The notes under the pieces were generated by a model. That model did not search any database. It saw only the letters and a program-made list of their open reading frames with translations, and was not told where the DNA came from. DNA of 63,999 bases, the filler included, from Gonapodya sp. JEL0774 (Eukaryota), in assembly GCA_027604505.1 (NCBI GenBank). It is 10 parts of 10 records of this genome, joined end to end, with 100 filler letters (N's around TTAATTAATTAA, not from the genome) between each part and the next. Parts side by side here need not be neighbours in the genome. Positions count along the whole stretch, not along the records: positions 58,658 to 63,999 come from JADIIX010000732.1; 9 more parts are not named here. One strand, 5' to 3'. The position numbers and the translations under genes are program-made. Each line of letters opens with the position of its first letter. Positions within the stretch are counted from its first letter, which is position 1. This document shows, one piece after another, positions 62,389-63,999 of the stretch.

Positions 62389-63999
62389 TCACGCCCATTC
62401 AAATGCGAACTCTTGTTGGGCATGCAAACGGAGTCTGATTTGTAGTTTTCGTGTCCCGCACAAAGCACCCCTACCAGAATGCTCTGCGCGTCCTGCAGAC
62501 CAGAACCACTGGTTCTTGACGTAAACGTCACGATAAGCCGCCGACTCTGGATCTTGTACTTTGTCGTTCCATTGCTCCACAAGATCACCGTTTACAGCGA
62601 CCCATTTCGGCTCTGTAAGAACGCCTCTTCCACAATCCAAACCAATTACTGTTATCTTTGTGAGAACTGCTGTCTGCGTTGCATTCAGAATTTCGTCTGA
62701 AGATCCTTTCCACGTGCACCGCCCATTCTCACAATTCACGTAAACATCGTTCACACCGTCAGGCTGCGCGATACTTTCTCCATCATCCAAGTAGAATCTA
62801 CCTTCCGCTTTGCCGTTCTCATCAAGCGCTACCAGAATCGAGTACTCGCCACGTTTCAAAAGTTGAGCAACAGTCTCTGGTAGCACAGAAGCGTCTGTGT
62901 TTCGGATGTCAAATTGCGGTATTACGGATCCACCACGGACATGCACGGGGATAGTGAAGATATCAGCCTCTAAATGGATCCATTGCCCTGTTGTACTTCG
63001 GTTCGAGCGCCCGTCAAGCCCGTAAACGTCCACCGAGATCACGGGAGCTGACGAAGCGAGGTCGTACCACACGCCTTGTGGGAAGTAGGCTACAACGTCG
63101 CGGGCACGATCCTCTAGCACAGGGCTGAACAGACAATTAGTTTCGGCAGCGAAGATTAGTTATCTGCTCGGAAACAACGATACCGAAGTGCACTGAACAG
63201 TACCTCACAAGAATTCCATTCCCGACAAGGAACTGTCTCTCGATAGAGTACGTCTCAGAGTCTTCTGGAAATACCCATGCGAGTGCTTGCAGGACCAATT
63301 CGCCATCGGTTGATGACAGGTGCAATAATGTGTACTAAGGTGTTCCGAAGAGTTGAGACGGTCAGCTGTTCAACTTTGTTCATAGTAATGACAAAGACAC
63401 TTACATAATACGGTAGAAGCGTATACCGTACCTTTAACGCCCTCCTTGTTGCTTCGGCAACCACACTCCAACGGTAAGGTTCTTGGTCACTCGCATCGAT
63501 AGAATTGTGATTTCTCGAGAAGGGGAAGAACGCTCCGACTTCCATCCATCGTGCGCAGAGCTCCTCCGTCGCGTCCCCGTTAAAACCGCAGATGTCGGGT
63601 CCCACCATAGGAATACCGAAAAGTTGGAAGTTCAATGCTCCGGGGAGGGATAACTGCATGGACTGGAAGGTGGACCAGTTGTCTCCCAGCCAGTGAGCAG
63701 CATGAGCGCCTACGAATTTGCCATTATCCAGACGATAATTAATATCGAGATCATGTTAACGTGGATCAGTATTGCCAAAATGTGACAAGCTCTCACCGGT
63801 CCCACTAAATGAGGACCTCGTAAGCACGAAGGGCCGAACATTTGGACGAGCCTTGATAAGTGCCTTTCGTGTGGCCATGGCCTCCATGTGGCTAGAAGGG
63901 TAGGACACCATGAATTAGGGGTGGAGCGTTACCTGGATTCGTATTTGTGCTCTACGGCTCTCACCCATATAAGTTGTGTGCGTTGTAATGCCTGATACC
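62389..63999 (-). CDS. Glycoside hydrolase family 31 alpha-glucosidase, 3' portion, multi-exon
   Basis: HNLYG, RPFVLTRSSF, HWLGDN, FGIPMVGPDICGF, ELCARWMEVGAFFPFSRNHN, YFPQGVWYD, IPVHVRGG, FYLDDGES. Confidence 0.95.

Overview
This is eukaryotic, intron-rich fungal genomic DNA. The gene set and intron density suggest an early-diverging chytrid/monoblepharid-like fungus, but that is an inference. The window is not one locus. It is ten short contigs joined by artificial 100-nt spacers (N44-TTAATTAATTAA-N44), and the nine measurable contigs fall steadily from 6438 to 6402 nt, so adjacency across spacers means nothing. Ordinary genes include a cytochrome P450, an SDR reductase, a Cdc10-type septin, proline dehydrogenase, an ABCG transporter, a dienelactone hydrolase, an MFS permease, MON1, an annexin, EPL1 and a GH31 glucosidase. 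F-box, LRR, MYND and Sel1-repeat proteins and a Tc1/IS630-like transposase fragment are also present. The most interesting contig is 19602-26020. It carries a PNP_UDP-NB-ARC-TPR NLR head-to-head with a bacterial-type lysozyme/lytic-transglycosylase-like gene, then an intronless class I hyaluronan-synthase-like GT2 with animal/chlorovirus-type motifs, then a T12/A15 hairpin and a 61/54-bp palindromic higher-order repeat. This looks like a candidate horizontally acquired defence or surface-polysaccharide island. Other oddities are a diverged 1.6-kb foldback, a CpG-depleted contig with a 154/151-bp higher-order satellite and a duplicated hairpin, and an intact/pseudogene pair of Cys-rich F-box genes.
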